Below, one piece after another: positions 8,859-24,549 of a stretch of 64,000 bases of DNA (position 1 is the stretch's first letter; every line of letters begins with the position of its first letter). The translations under genes and the position numbers were made by a program. Origin of the DNA: Bacillota bacterium (GTDB lineage: Bacteria > Bacillota > Clostridia > Christensenellales > Aristaeellaceae). The notes beneath the pieces were generated by a model that had not been told where the DNA came from, did not search any database, and worked only from the letters and a program-made list of their open reading frames with translations. The stretch is from the NCBI GenBank assembly GCA_023409955.1, contig JAEYQQ010000131.1, positions 2,853-66,852 on the forward strand. The letters are read 5' to 3'.

Positions 8859-10130
8859 ATGAAAATAAGATATAAACTGTGCCGTACGCTTTTAACTGCC
8901 GCTGTTTTTCTGGCTGCCGTCATGCCTTTAACCGGCGCCACAGCCCAGCAGGCGGTCAGTACCGGCGCCCTTCAATACACTGTTACTGACTACGGCTATC
9001 TACCGGGGTTGCAAACCATTGCACCTGGTGAGGGAAACCAATTTCTATCTGTTAACCTCATTGTGAAGACTGCAGATGAAACAGGTTCGGCTGTTAACCC
9101 GGAGCAGTATTTGCTGGCCTTGGACGACAGCGGCCGGGGGTATACGCCGTTGCTTTTTAACAGCAGTTCATCCTTTACGGCTTCCCTTGCTCCGGATGAG
9201 AGAGCGGTTCGTGCTTTGTTTGAGATTCCCAAGGCGGCGGCCAGCTACAAACTGGTAATAACTGATGAAAATGGCAGCATCGCAGGGGACATCAGCCTGG
9301 GCAGGAGTGCTGGGGCTGTGCTGGCTGTAAGCAGCCAAGAGCCAATTGTATTTCAGGCCGAGGGGTATGACGTGACGGTTTATGGTGTGACGCAAAGCCT
9401 GGGGGCCTATGGCGAAGACATGCAAAGCGGCATGAAGTATATCTGGATAGATGCCGCCATTACTGGCACAGGCACACAGGAAACACCGGCGAAAATCATA
9501 TCACAATGGACACTTGGCAGTGGGTCTTCGTTGGTGGAAAATGTGGTTCCGGCCCGATCCAGCAACATGCTGGCGTTGATAAATGCAGGGTTTGGAGAGA
9601 AGATGCCTTTTGCCCGGGGATATGTATGCTTCCTGGTCCCCGATGATTTGACTAAGGTCAGCGAGCTGATGGCCGGGAAAATACTTGTGAGTCAAGCCAT
9701 CCCTATCGGCGGAGCTGTCAAGGAGACAGGTTATGCCAAACCGAATGCCGATGGTGCATACCAGCAGGCAGGATGGAAGATCACCATCCATGATATGGAA
9801 CTTGCCGATAAAGGAACGCTTGCCGATCCGCCTGCCGGATATCAATATGTGATGGTGAACCTTACCGTTGCTAATCAAGGGACACAGAACCTGACGGTAT
9901 CCAGCGAGTTGGCCTTTGCAATGACTGATGAAAGCGGGAATGAGCTGGCCCAGGCATGGTTTGCCGATCTAACGGAAACGCTGGATGCATCCCTGCTGCC
10001 AAGCGAATCGGTTTCCGGGAAAATTGCCTTCCTTCTGCCGGAAGGCGCAAAAGTTGGCGCATTACGGATACACTTAAATATGCTGGGAGAGCCGCTGCTG
10101 ATTGATGCGGCCGATTATTTGGCAGAGTAA
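8859..10130 (+). CDS. secreted protein with repeated DUF4352-like Ig-fold domains
   Basis: ATG 8859 with AAAGGAG (track start 8793); signal peptide LLTAAVFLAAVMPLTGATAQQ; repeated pattern ...NQFLSVNLIVK..., ...YQYVMVNLTVANQGTQ...SGKIAFLLPEG. Confidence 0.7.
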   Translation: MKIRYKLCRTLLTAAVFLAAVMPLTGATAQQAVSTGALQYTVTDYGYLPGLQTIAPGEGNQFLSVNLIVKTADETGSAVNPEQYLLALDDSGRGYTPLLFNSSSSFTASLAPDERAVRALFEIPKAAASYKLVITDENGSIAGDISLGRSAGAVLAVSSQEPIVFQAEGYDVTVYGVTQSLGAYGEDMQSGMKYIWIDAAITGTGTQETPAKIISQWTLGSGSSLVENVVPARSSNMLALINAGFGEKMPFARGYVCFLVPDDLTKVSELMAGKILVSQAIPIGGAVKETGYAKPNADGAYQQAGWKITIHDMELADKGTLADPPAGYQYVMVNLTVANQGTQNLTVSSELAFAMTDESGNELAQAWFADLTETLDASLLPSESVSGKIAFLLPEGAKVGALRIHLNMLGEPLLIDAADYLAE

Positions 10131-10143
10131 AGGAGAAGGTTTC

Positions 10144-10272
10144 ATGTCTGTTTCAAGCAAGAAGAAGGAATCCCGCAAGGTTCTTGTCGTTCGCATCGTT
10201 TGCCTGGTCTTGGTTGTATTGCTTGTATTGCCCATTCTTTTTTCCACAATTTTATCTGGCTTATACTGGTAA
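10144..10272 (+). CDS. small single-TM protein (42 aa), not in ORF track
   Basis: AAAGGAGAAGG 5 nt before ATG, 13 nt after previous stop; MSVSSKKKESRKVLVVRIVCLVLVVLLVLPILFSTILSGLYW. Confidence 0.4.
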   Translation: MSVSSKKKESRKVLVVRIVCLVLVVLLVLPILFSTILSGLYW

Positions 10273-10309
10273 GGTGCAAGCCAATACATATAAGCGCATG
10301 AGAAAACGA

Positions 10310-10348
10310 GGGAGCATTTCTTACATGGAAGAATGCTCCCTCGTTTTA
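10310..10348 (+). terminator. intrinsic terminator
   Basis: GGGAGCATT-loop-AATGCTCCC then TCGTTTTAT. Confidence 0.55.
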
Positions 10349-10364
10349 TGATGGAGATAAGAAC

Positions 10365-10387
10365 AGAGCCGCCCAATGGGCGGCTCT
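10365..10387 (-). terminator. terminator-like hairpin after nifJ
   Basis: AGAGCCGCCC-aat-GGGCGGCTCT perfect 10-bp stem; T-rich but interrupted tail on minus strand. Confidence 0.5.
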
Positions 10388-10411
10388 GCTTAAGTGATGA
10401 TTTAAATGGGC

Positions 10412-16296
<5,885 letters not shown>

Positions 16297-16349
16297 GTAA
16301 GGGAAGATTAGAGGCACATTAGTTTTCCATTAATTTCTTTCGTTTTTCA

Positions 16350-16377
16350 TTGACAACTTATGGGTTTCCTGTATAAT
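16350..16377 (+). promoter_or_regulatory. sigma-70-type promoter
   Basis: TTGACA, 16 nt, TATAAT. Confidence 0.5.
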
Positions 16378-16378
16378 G

Positions 16379-16412
16379 GCCACGATATCGTATGAATCGC
16401 GGCTATTTTTTT
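16379..16412 (+). terminator. intrinsic terminator of upstream gene, overlapping the next promoter's start site
   Basis: GCCACGAT-loop-ATCGCGGC (one mismatch) then TATTTTTTT. Confidence 0.5.
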
Positions 16413-16442
16413 GGCTGGCGCAAGTGCGCGGAGGGATAGGGC

Positions 16443-16838
16443 ATGAAAAGGTTTCTTAAAGCGGCGGCGATCTTTATTACAGCACTTGTGATACTCTTTG
16501 CGGGCTTTTTTGTGTATTTAATGCAAGGGCTTGCGGCTAACAGCCAGCCAAATCTACAAGGAGCAACGGCAAATGGACTAAGAGATGGTGTTTATGATGG
16601 CGGGTATAACGCAGGACGATTTACAAACAGGGTAACAGTAACTGTTTCCGACGGCAGAATAACGGATATTATCGTTGCTCAGGATGTTTTATTTCCGCAG
16701 GAGCATGTGACAAGAGCGTTATTTCAAAGAGTGGTGGATGCAAATTCTACGAAAGTTGACGTGGTTTCTGGTTCTACTATTACCAGTAATGCATATTTAC
16801 AATCAATTGAAAATGCACTGATTAAGAAGGGGGATTGA
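16443..16838 (+). CDS. FMN-binding domain protein (membrane anchored)
   Basis: 131 aa; N-terminal TM; DGVYDGGY...VTVTVSDGRITDI...VDVVSGSTITSNAYLQSIENAL. Confidence 0.8.
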   Translation: MKRFLKAAAIFITALVILFAGFFVYLMQGLAANSQPNLQGATANGLRDGVYDGGYNAGRFTNRVTVTVSDGRITDIIVAQDVLFPQEHVTRALFQRVVDANSTKVDVVSGSTITSNAYLQSIENALIKKGD

Positions 16839-16841
16839 AAT

Positions 16842-17321
16842 ATGGCTTTGTTGATAGCTTATGCCACCAAGCATGGCGTGACGGAAAAATGCGCAAAGGC
16901 ACTGAAAACGTCGTTGGCCGGCGGTGCAGATTTGGTGAATCTAAAAGATAGGACGCCGAATCTATCCAATTATGATGCTGTCATTTTAGGAGCATCGGTC
17001 TATGCCGGGATGCCCCGCAAGCAAATAAAGGCTTTTGTGGCTCAGCATGCACAGGTGCTGAAACAGAAAAAGTTAGGTTTGTTTTTGTGCTGCCAGGCAG
17101 ACGGTGAACAGGCGGAAAAACAAATGGATGCTGCATTTACGCCTGAGCTTCGCCGGGAAGCTACGGCACAAGGGGTGCTGGGCAACGGCTTTCATGTGGA
17201 AACTATGAACTTTCTAGAAAAGTTTGTGATAAAGAAGATTAGCGGCAAAGCACCTGAGGAAAGCTTTACAATTAATAAAGATGTTTTTGATGCATTTGAG
17301 CGGGCGTTTGGGCAGGCGTAG
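16842..17321 (+). CDS. flavodoxin-domain protein
   Basis: 159 aa; MALLIAYATKHGVTEKCA...YDAVILGASVYAGM... Confidence 0.75.
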   Translation: MALLIAYATKHGVTEKCAKALKTSLAGGADLVNLKDRTPNLSNYDAVILGASVYAGMPRKQIKAFVAQHAQVLKQKKLGLFLCCQADGEQAEKQMDAAFTPELRREATAQGVLGNGFHVETMNFLEKFVIKKISGKAPEESFTINKDVFDAFERAFGQA

Positions 17322-17358
17322 GCCATGAGGATAGCAAAAGCATAAAGGACAAGAACGG

Positions 17359-17391
17359 CCTGCTGCCTGATATATGGGTGGCAGGCTTTTT
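17359..17391 (+). terminator. intrinsic terminator
   Basis: GCCTGC..GCAGGC stem then TTTTT. Confidence 0.55.
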
Positions 17392-17493
17392 ATAATAGAA
17401 AAAGACAAAATAAAAATAATTATGCAATACACATAATCCATTCACGGAGCCATGGGTATATGATATAGTAAGGTATACCATTTGGTGAAAGGA

Positions 17494-18324
17494 ATGTGGC
17501 AGAAAGTGGAGTTATCATCTGTTTTATTTGCGTTTTCCCTGACCTTGTTTGCAGGCTTGTCTACAGGCATTGGCAGCTTGATCGCCCTGTACAGCAAACG
17601 CACCAATACCAAGTTCCTATCCTTTGCCCTGGGCTTTTCTGCAGGCGTTATGATCTATGTATCATTTGTGGAGATATGGGTAAAGGCAAAGGATAGTTTG
17701 ACAGCATCACTGGGCGTTGTTACGGGAAACTGGGTTACGGTGGCATCTTTCTTTGGCGGCATGCTTTTGATTGCTGTGATAGATAAGCTGGTTCCATCCG
17801 GGGAAAATCCCCATGAGGCACGCAAGGTTGAGGAACTGTCGGATGAAGCCCGTGCCGTTGAGCAGAAGAAAGGCAAGCTCATGCGGATGGGGCTTATGAG
17901 TGCTTTGGCCATTGCCATTCACAACTTCCCGGAAGGCCTTGCCACCTTTACCTCGGCACTGAAAGATCCATCCCTTGGTATTGCTATCGCCGTAGCTATT
18001 GCCATTCACAATATTCCTGAAGGCTTGGCTGTTTCAGTACCAATTTACTTTGCGACAGGCAACCGGAAAAAAGCATTTTGGTATTCTTTCCTCTCAGGCA
18101 TATCGGAACCTGCAGGTGCTTTGCTGGGTTTCGTGCTTTTTTCTACTTTTTTCAATGACGTTACATATGGAATTTTGTTTGCTCTGGTAGCAGGCATTAT
18201 GGTTTTCATCTCCCTGGATGAACTGTTGCCTACCGCACGTGAATATGGCGAATCCCATATCTCCATTTATGGCTTGGTCAGCGGCATGGCTGTAATGGCT
18301 GTTAGCCTGCTGCTGTTTATTTGA
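17494..18324 (+). CDS. zupT: ZIP-family zinc transporter ZupT
   Basis: Track start 17482 (TTG); ATG 17494 chosen, start uncertain; twin HNFPEGLA / HNIPEGLA motifs, 8 TM-like segments. Confidence 0.85.
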   Translation: MWQKVELSSVLFAFSLTLFAGLSTGIGSLIALYSKRTNTKFLSFALGFSAGVMIYVSFVEIWVKAKDSLTASLGVVTGNWVTVASFFGGMLLIAVIDKLVPSGENPHEARKVEELSDEARAVEQKKGKLMRMGLMSALAIAIHNFPEGLATFTSALKDPSLGIAIAVAIAIHNIPEGLAVSVPIYFATGNRKKAFWYSFLSGISEPAGALLGFVLFSTFFNDVTYGILFALVAGIMVFISLDELLPTAREYGESHISIYGLVSGMAVMAVSLLLFI

Positions 18325-18347
18325 TTCGCTATTGATATACGTAACTT

Positions 18348-18401
18348 ATTAAAAAATGATCCCTGCATACCGCTTGAAGGAAGCGGTGTGCAGGGATTTT
18401 T
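18348..18401. terminator. bidirectional intrinsic terminator
   Basis: A-tract, GATCCCTGCAtACCGCTT-gaagg-AAGCGGTgTGCAGGGAT, T-tract. Confidence 0.7.
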
Positions 18402-18456
18402 TTGTTTATGGGGTTGCTTAAGCGTATCCCATAGGAGGTGCGTTAGGGGGATGCGC

Positions 18457-20109
18457 TTACATCTTGATTTCTTTTTTGCCGCTGACCTTGAAGAATACGG
18501 CTAAGGCGATGATGGTAGAGAAGGTCAGTATGGAGGAGATAGCGGCGGCAATGCCGTCGTTGCCGCGGATGATCTGAGAATAGATCTCCAAGGTCATGGT
18601 TTTGGTTTTGGTGGTGTACAAAATGATGGAGGTTGACAGTTCCGTAATGATCATGATCCAGCTTAGTATGGCACCGGAGATCACGCCGGGGAGCATCATG
18701 GGCACTGTCACCTTGAAGAAGGTTTTCATGTTGGATGCGCCCAGGCTGATGGAGGCCTCCTCAATGGAGGGGCTGATCTGCTGGAGGATGGCCGATGAGG
18801 AGCGAACAGTATAGGGCAGACGGCGAATGACATAGCTTAGAATCATGATGAAAGCCGTCTGGCTGAAGTATAGGGGTTTTTTGCTGAAGGCCATCAAAAG
18901 CGCAATGCCTAGGATGGAGCCAGCCACCGTTTCCGGGAACATTGTGACCACATCCAACGTGCTGTTTAGGGCGTTGCGCCGGCGTACGACCACATATGCA
19001 ATCAGTATCGCTGCCACAACAATCGCGGCTATGGAGATAAAGCCCAGCACATAGGTGTTGACAATGGATTTGCCTACTGTTGAAAAGGCTTCCACATAGC
19101 TGTTTATAGAGAAGCCGGGGACAAACAGCTTGCCGTTGGTTTTACGGAAAGAGGAATAGATAACGTACAGCTGCGGCAGCATGGCGATGCCTACAACGAT
19201 ATAGCAGTACAAATGCGCCAATAGGGAGCCGATGCCTTTTAGCTTTTTGGGCTGGATGGGATGAAGCGCGCTCATGGAGAATTGCTTGCGGCTGACCACT
19301 AGTTTTTGGAATAGGAATACGCCTGTGGTAATGACAACCGCCACAATGGAGATGGCTGCGGCCAAACCGTCGTTGCCACCTACCTCGCCCATGAACTCAT
19401 TGTATACCAGTACGGGCAGGGTGATGTAGCCTTCACCAATTAACCTGGGGGTGCCATAATCGGCAAAGGTGCGCATGAAGACCATCAATGCGCCGGCCAA
19501 CAGCGTAGGCATAAGAAGTGGAAGTACGATTTTGAACATCTTGCGTATACCGGTGCAGCCCATGGACTCGGAGGCTTCGATGAGGGAATTGTCCATGTTC
19601 TTGAATGCGCCGGAAACGAACATGTACACCAGGGAGTAAAGCTGCAGCGACATGACCAGCACAATGCCAGGAAAACCATAGATATCTGGCAGGACCAAGC
19701 CGATGCTGTTTTTCAAGAAGGTGGTCACAGAGCCGCTACGGCCAAAGAGCATGATCCAGGAATAAGCGCCGATGAAGGGCGCGGACATGGAGGAAACAAG
19801 CACCAATATCTCCAGCATGGCTTTACCGCGGATTTGGTACACAGCAAGCAGGTACGCAAGGGGCGTTGCCAACAGCACGGAGAAGAGGGTTACTGCCAGT
19901 GTAACTTTAAAGCTGTTGCCCATGGCCCGAAGGTAATAGGCTTTGGAGAAAATACGCTGGAAGTGTTCCAGAGAAAAGCCGCCCTCTTTGCCCATCACGC
20001 TTTGGGAAAGCAGTGTGAACATGGGGTAGAGGAGGAACAGGGCATATAGTAGCAGGGCGGCGATGGAGATAAACAGCCACACTTCCCAGCGGACGGCCTT
20101 AGCGCGCAT
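18457..20109 (-). CDS. ABC importer permease, two fused transmembrane domains (Fe3+/thiamine/polyamine-type)
   Basis: 550 aa, two binding-protein-dependent permease repeats (EASESMGC..., EEASISLGAS... EAA-like loops). Confidence 0.85.
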   Translation of the reverse strand: MRAKAVRWEVWLFISIAALLLYALFLLYPMFTLLSQSVMGKEGGFSLEHFQRIFSKAYYLRAMGNSFKVTLAVTLFSVLLATPLAYLLAVYQIRGKAMLEILVLVSSMSAPFIGAYSWIMLFGRSGSVTTFLKNSIGLVLPDIYGFPGIVLVMSLQLYSLVYMFVSGAFKNMDNSLIEASESMGCTGIRKMFKIVLPLLMPTLLAGALMVFMRTFADYGTPRLIGEGYITLPVLVYNEFMGEVGGNDGLAAAISIVAVVITTGVFLFQKLVVSRKQFSMSALHPIQPKKLKGIGSLLAHLYCYIVVGIAMLPQLYVIYSSFRKTNGKLFVPGFSINSYVEAFSTVGKSIVNTYVLGFISIAAIVVAAILIAYVVVRRRNALNSTLDVVTMFPETVAGSILGIALLMAFSKKPLYFSQTAFIMILSYVIRRLPYTVRSSSAILQQISPSIEEASISLGASNMKTFFKVTVPMMLPGVISGAILSWIMIITELSTSIILYTTKTKTMTLEIYSQIIRGNDGIAAAISSILTFSTIIALAVFFKVSGKKEIKM

Positions 20110-21205
20110 CGCTGACCACCCCCGCGGTAAGGCTTACATTGCCGTCGTCGTTAAATACGTTGATTTTGTCCAGCTTCAAGCCAAGGTTTACCTTGGTGCC
20201 GTTTTCCAGGATGCTGGAGATGGAACTCTCTTCCACGATCTCTACTGTATCACCGTTAAAGAGCTTGACAAAATAGGTGGTGTTCAGCCCCAGGAAGACG
20301 CTGGAGAGAATTTCTCCCTCAATGCCTTGATCGCTGTTTTGTATTACAAACTCTTCCGGGCGGATGGAGACCTTCACCTTTTGTGCGGCCTTTACATTTG
20401 GCGTAAGGCAGTCATATGGCACTTTGTAGCCATTGCCGAAGGTTAGATGCGGTTGACGATCCGCAAAGGAAAGGTCTGCATCCAGGGTATTGCTGCGGCC
20501 AATGAAGTTGGCGACAAACAGGTTGGCAGGCCGCTGGTATATGGCCTTGGGAGTTCCCACCTGCTGGATGACCCCTTTTTCCATAACGGCAATACGGTCG
20601 GAGACAGCCATGGCTTCCTCCTGGTCGTGAGTTACATATATGGTGGTGATACCCACTTCCTTTTGAATCAGCTTGATGGCATTGCGCATTTCAATGCGCA
20701 GTTTGGCGTCCAGGTTGGAAAGCGGTTCATCCATCAAAAGCACATTGGGATGAATGACGATGGCACGGGCCAGGGCAACACGCTGCTGCTGGCCGCCGGA
20801 GAGCCTGTCAGGCATGCGGGAAGCATACTCAGTTATCCTGACGGTATCCAAAATGGCATCCACACGCTTTGCGATTTCCGCTTTGGAGATGCCCCGGTTT
20901 TCCAGACCAAAGCCTACGTTCTGACGAACGTTCATGTGGGGGAACACGGCGTAGTTTTGGAATACCATGCCGATGTTGCGCTTGGCAGGGGGAATGTCGT
21001 TGATGACCTGCTGGTCAAAGGCGATTTTCCCGCCCTCGATGGAGTTGAAGCCTGCCACCATGCGCAGAAGTGTTGTCTTTCCGCAGCCGGATGGACCCAG
21101 CAGCGTGAAAAATTCGCCTTTATGAACGGTTAAGGATAATGCAGGAATAATTACATTGTCGCCGTACTTTTTGTCGACATCAGTAAATGTTATTGAAACG
21201 CTCAA
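20099..21205 (-). CDS. ABC importer ATP-binding protein (PotA/FbpC-like)
   Basis: GPSGCGKTT Walker A, LSGGQQQRVALARA, LLMDEPLSNLD, C-terminal TOBE-like domain; overlaps permease start by 11 nt. Confidence 0.9.
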   Translation of the reverse strand: MSVSITFTDVDKKYGDNVIIPALSLTVHKGEFFTLLGPSGCGKTTLLRMVAGFNSIEGGKIAFDQQVINDIPPAKRNIGMVFQNYAVFPHMNVRQNVGFGLENRGISKAEIAKRVDAILDTVRITEYASRMPDRLSGGQQQRVALARAIVIHPNVLLMDEPLSNLDAKLRIEMRNAIKLIQKEVGITTIYVTHDQEEAMAVSDRIAVMEKGVIQQVGTPKAIYQRPANLFVANFIGRSNTLDADLSFADRQPHLTFGNGYKVPYDCLTPNVKAAQKVKVSIRPEEFVIQNSDQGIEGEILSSVFLGLNTTYFVKLFNGDTVEIVEESSISSILENGTKVNLGLKLDKINVFNDDGNVSLTAGVVSDAR

Positions 21206-21240
21206 GTGCTATTCTCCTTTACTTTTAAGAGAATTGGAAA

Positions 21241-21271
21241 GGGGCATGCCTATTGCCTTCAGGCATGCCCC
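21241..21271 (-). other. intercistronic stem-loop between substrate-binding protein gene and ATPase gene
   Basis: GGGGCATGCC-loop-GGCATGCCCC perfect 10-bp stem, T-rich tail on minus strand; second hairpin GACGAGG-gggtt-CCTCGTC at 21296..21314. Confidence 0.5.
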
Positions 21272-21337
21272 TGGCTTTGGCAGCCTTTGGGGATTGACGA
21301 GGGGGTTCCTCGTCTATCAATTGTTCAAGGGTTTGGA

Positions 21338-22339
21338 TCAGATACCCATCATGATATCCTGAACTTTTTCCTTCAGCTCAGCGGTATGGCTGGTGACATA
21401 TTCGGAATCTTCAAAGATCAGGGCGATGTCGGCCATGGGGGTCATATACTCATTGCCGGCTTCCACAACACGGATGGGGCGGCTGGTTGTGTTTTCGGCC
21501 AGGAAGGCCTGGGCTTCTTCAGAAAGCATGTAGTCAATGAAGGCCTGGGCGTTTGCCACGTTCTTGGCATTTTTGACAATACCGATCTGAGCAGGCAGGA
21601 AGACAGTGCCTTCTGTGGGGTACACGATCTTGATGTTGGTGGCGCCGTCCTTCAGCAGGGTGACGCAGGGGTCTTCATAGGTGAGGCCTACCACGTATTC
21701 GCCGTTGTAAACGCCTTTGTACACTGCGCTGGAAGAGCTGACAACCTTGCCGTTGATGTTCTTGAACAGGTTCTCAACATAGGTCCAGGCTTCTTCGGAT
21801 TCATAACCGCCCATGGCCAGTAGCATGTTGGTGAGCTGGCAGAAGGCAGAGGAGGAGGCGGTGGGATCGGCGGTAACGATTTTGTCTTTCAGCTCAGGCT
21901 GGAGCAGATCGGCATAGCCGTTGATTTCAATGCCCAGTTCTGCCAGCAGTTCTGTGTTCACCAACAGCACAGAGCCGTCTACGGTGTAGTTGGTGGAGTA
22001 GCCCAGCTTGTTTTGATACTCGGGCATGAGGTTTGCATCCTCAGGGGAGAGGTACTCCTGGAACAGGTCCTTGTTGGCCACATAGTTGGCCAGGGAGCCG
22101 CCGTACATCAGGTCGAAGGTGGGATTATCCGCTTCGGTGGCAATACGCTTCATGGCATCGCCGGTGCCCAGGGATTCCACAGTGACTTTAATACCGGTCT
22201 TCTCTTCAAACTTGGGGATGATGGAGAGCAGGCCGTCACTGTTGGGCGAAACGATGAACAGTTCGCCTTCTGCCATGGCGGATGCCGAAAAGCCAAGTAC
22301 CATGATGGAAACCAAAAGAAGGGACAAGAGCTTCTTCAT
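21338..22339 (-). CDS. ABC importer extracellular solute-binding protein (family 1, Fe3+/polyamine-like)
   Basis: 333 aa, signal peptide LLSLLLVSIMVLGFSASAMA; first gene of substrate-binding protein-ATPase-permease operon. Confidence 0.8.
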   Translation of the reverse strand: MKKLLSLLLVSIMVLGFSASAMAEGELFIVSPNSDGLLSIIPKFEEKTGIKVTVESLGTGDAMKRIATEADNPTFDLMYGGSLANYVANKDLFQEYLSPEDANLMPEYQNKLGYSTNYTVDGSVLLVNTELLAELGIEINGYADLLQPELKDKIVTADPTASSSAFCQLTNMLLAMGGYESEEAWTYVENLFKNINGKVVSSSSAVYKGVYNGEYVVGLTYEDPCVTLLKDGATNIKIVYPTEGTVFLPAQIGIVKNAKNVANAQAFIDYMLSEEAQAFLAENTTSRPIRVVEAGNEYMTPMADIALIFEDSEYVTSHTAELKEKVQDIMMGI

Positions 22340-22514
22340 GTAATGAAAGCCTCCAAATATCTAGATTCAGAGATGTTCCGTAACGATCCCCGTCTACTTG
22401 TAATTATAATACATGGTTCTTATATAAACAATACAAAGGGGGGTATGAAAACAAAAAAATCGCTGGAATATTGTGCATAATGCAAACATTCATGGCGATT
22501 TCAATTGATCCAGT

Positions 22515-23867
22515 TTAATTATTAGAATGCTTTCCGGAGGCGTACATTTTCTCGGCAGCTGCCCTCAGGGTGTGCTTTTCGTTGGCTAGCCTGCCTTCCA
22601 TGACCCGTTTCAATAACTCCTGAAGGAGGTTGCCTACTTGCTTCCCTGGCGGGATGCCAATGGCAATTAAGTCATCTCCGGTCACGGCCAAATCCTTCAA
22701 GCGGTAGGGCAGGCCTTGATTGATAACCGTTTTGATACATGCTTCCAAACGGCTGATATCGCCAAGTTTGGCTTCCCTTTTATCCGGATGCTGAGCGGCG
22801 GCATCGGCACGTTTAACAGGCAAAAGCTGCATAAGCCGTGTTTCACCAATGCGATTGAGCCATTTGAGTACATTCTTGGGCTTTGCCGGGATTGTTGCGT
22901 CATGGTGGAGCACCAGCTCCTCCACCGCCTTTTTCGTATCATTGTCAAAGCGCAGCCTGTCCATGATGGCTTTTGTAATTTTCAGGCTAACCTCAGGATG
23001 GCCGTAGAAATGGCCGACTCCTTTTGCATCTTTAAAAAAGCAGGCAGGCTTGCCGGAATCGTGCAAAAGCATGGTCAGGCGAAGAATGGGGTCTTGGGGT
23101 GCGGCGGCAACGGCTGCCAGGGTATGCTCCCACACATCCAGATAGTGATGGGGGTTATACTGGTAATGCCCCCGCATGGACGCAAGCTCCGGCAGAAAAA
23201 CATCCAGTACAGGGGCGAAGGCCCGCAGAATGTCTGCCGCACCAGCACCGGTTAACAGCCGCAGCAGCTCTTCCCGAATGCGTTCCGGAGCGATTAAGCG
23301 CAGGCGCTCCTTGCAATCCAAAATGGCCTGAGCTGTTTTTTCTTCAATGGCAAAGCCAAAGGTGGAGGCAAAGCGCATAGCCCGAAGGATTCGCAAAGCG
23401 TCTTCTTCAAATCGCGCTTTGGCATCGCCTACGCAGCGGATGATTTTATTCTTTAAGTCATCTTCTCCGCCAAAGGCGTCATACAGTCCGCGCTCTGGAT
23501 GATAGGCCATGGCATTGACTGTAAAATCCCGCCGGCTTAAATCATCTTGTACATGGGTGACAAAGTCTACGCTGTCTGGCCGGCGGCTGTCACTGTATAC
23601 GCCATCGGTACGGTAGGTGGTGACTTCATAGGATTCATTTTCATACAGTACCGTTACTGTGCCGTGCTTGATGCCTGTTTCTATGACCCGGTGTCCCTGA
23701 AAGATGCTTACTGTCTGCTGAGGCTTGGCGCTGGTGCAAATATCCCAGTCGTTGGGTGCTAGGCCCAGCAGGCTGTCACGTACACAGCCGCCTACAGCCC
23801 AGGCCTCAAAGCCTGACGTTTCCAGCAACCGTATGATATGGGCCGCGCCGATGGGAATACCGGTCAT
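22515..23867 (-). CDS. cca: CCA tRNA nucleotidyltransferase (PolyA_pol head plus HD domain)
   Basis: GGCVRDSLLG..NDWDICT, RDFTVNAMA, LLHDSGKP HD motif. Confidence 0.85.
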   Translation of the reverse strand: MTGIPIGAAHIIRLLETSGFEAWAVGGCVRDSLLGLAPNDWDICTSAKPQQTVSIFQGHRVIETGIKHGTVTVLYENESYEVTTYRTDGVYSDSRRPDSVDFVTHVQDDLSRRDFTVNAMAYHPERGLYDAFGGEDDLKNKIIRCVGDAKARFEEDALRILRAMRFASTFGFAIEEKTAQAILDCKERLRLIAPERIREELLRLLTGAGAADILRAFAPVLDVFLPELASMRGHYQYNPHHYLDVWEHTLAAVAAAPQDPILRLTMLLHDSGKPACFFKDAKGVGHFYGHPEVSLKITKAIMDRLRFDNDTKKAVEELVLHHDATIPAKPKNVLKWLNRIGETRLMQLLPVKRADAAAQHPDKREAKLGDISRLEACIKTVINQGLPYRLKDLAVTGDDLIAIGIPPGKQVGNLLQELLKRVMEGRLANEKHTLRAAAEKMYASGKHSNN

Positions 23868-23945
23868 GATTTCACACCTTTACATGAGATTACTATTTAG
23901 TATATCATGTTTTTCAAAAGACAGCCAATTAAAGCGCCAGAATGG

Positions 23946-23970
23946 AAAACCCCGGCTGCATGAGCCGGGG
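23946..23970 (-). terminator. intrinsic terminator
   Basis: minus strand CCCCGGCT-catgc-AGCCGGGG then TTTTCC. Confidence 0.55.
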
Positions 23971-23984
23971 AGGGTAAATGATGC

Positions 23985-24374
23985 TTATTGATCTGGGTTT
24001 GATTCAGTCGGTACTGGGGGCTGTTCGTGCTTAGATACGTGAAATGCTCCATTTTGAATTAGGTACCATTCCTTCAGCATATCTAGGGCAAGGCCTATTA
24101 GCGATACGGCCATCACCGCTAACAGTATGTACACCCAAAGTGGCATGGATAAAGTGGCGGTATCTTTGAAAAAGCGAACGAACAGCATAAATGCCAAAAT
24201 GATGATCCAAATCAGTGTATCCCAAATGATTTGGTTCCTGGCTTTAACAAAGAATATCTCCTCTTTGCAGTTTTTGCAGCGGAAGGGCTGTGCCAAAATG
24301 CCATCTTTTTTGAAGTATTGCCTGAGAAATTCTCCAAAGCGGATCTCCGCTGTATGAACACATTTTTCACTCAT
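23985..24374 (-). CDS. hypothetical membrane protein with N-terminal Cys pair (CKNCKEE)
   Basis: 129 aa, GAGGGGG RBS; two TM helices; no family recognised. Confidence 0.55.
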   Translation of the reverse strand: MSEKCVHTAEIRFGEFLRQYFKKDGILAQPFRCKNCKEEIFFVKARNQIIWDTLIWIIILAFMLFVRFFKDTATLSMPLWVYILLAVMAVSLIGLALDMLKEWYLIQNGAFHVSKHEQPPVPTESNPDQ

Positions 24375-24549
24375 TTACCAGGCCCCCTCATCCTTTTTTC
24401 TGACAGCATCATCATACGTTATTTTGAAGCGCTTGTCCAGAATTTTCCTAGTTATGAGTGAAACATTAGCAATATAGCAGGAAGCCGCTGGCGCACCTAT
24501 GGTTCAATAGCTATTGTTTTGACAGGCTGTTAATATGCCCAACAACAAG

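Noticed and set aside
22340-22514. A possible TPP or other riboswitch upstream of the ABC importer operon.
   Set aside because: The 5' UTR is only about 60 nt and lacks CUGAGA / ACCUGAUCUGGAUAAUGCC-type elements. The upstream structure is the cca terminator.
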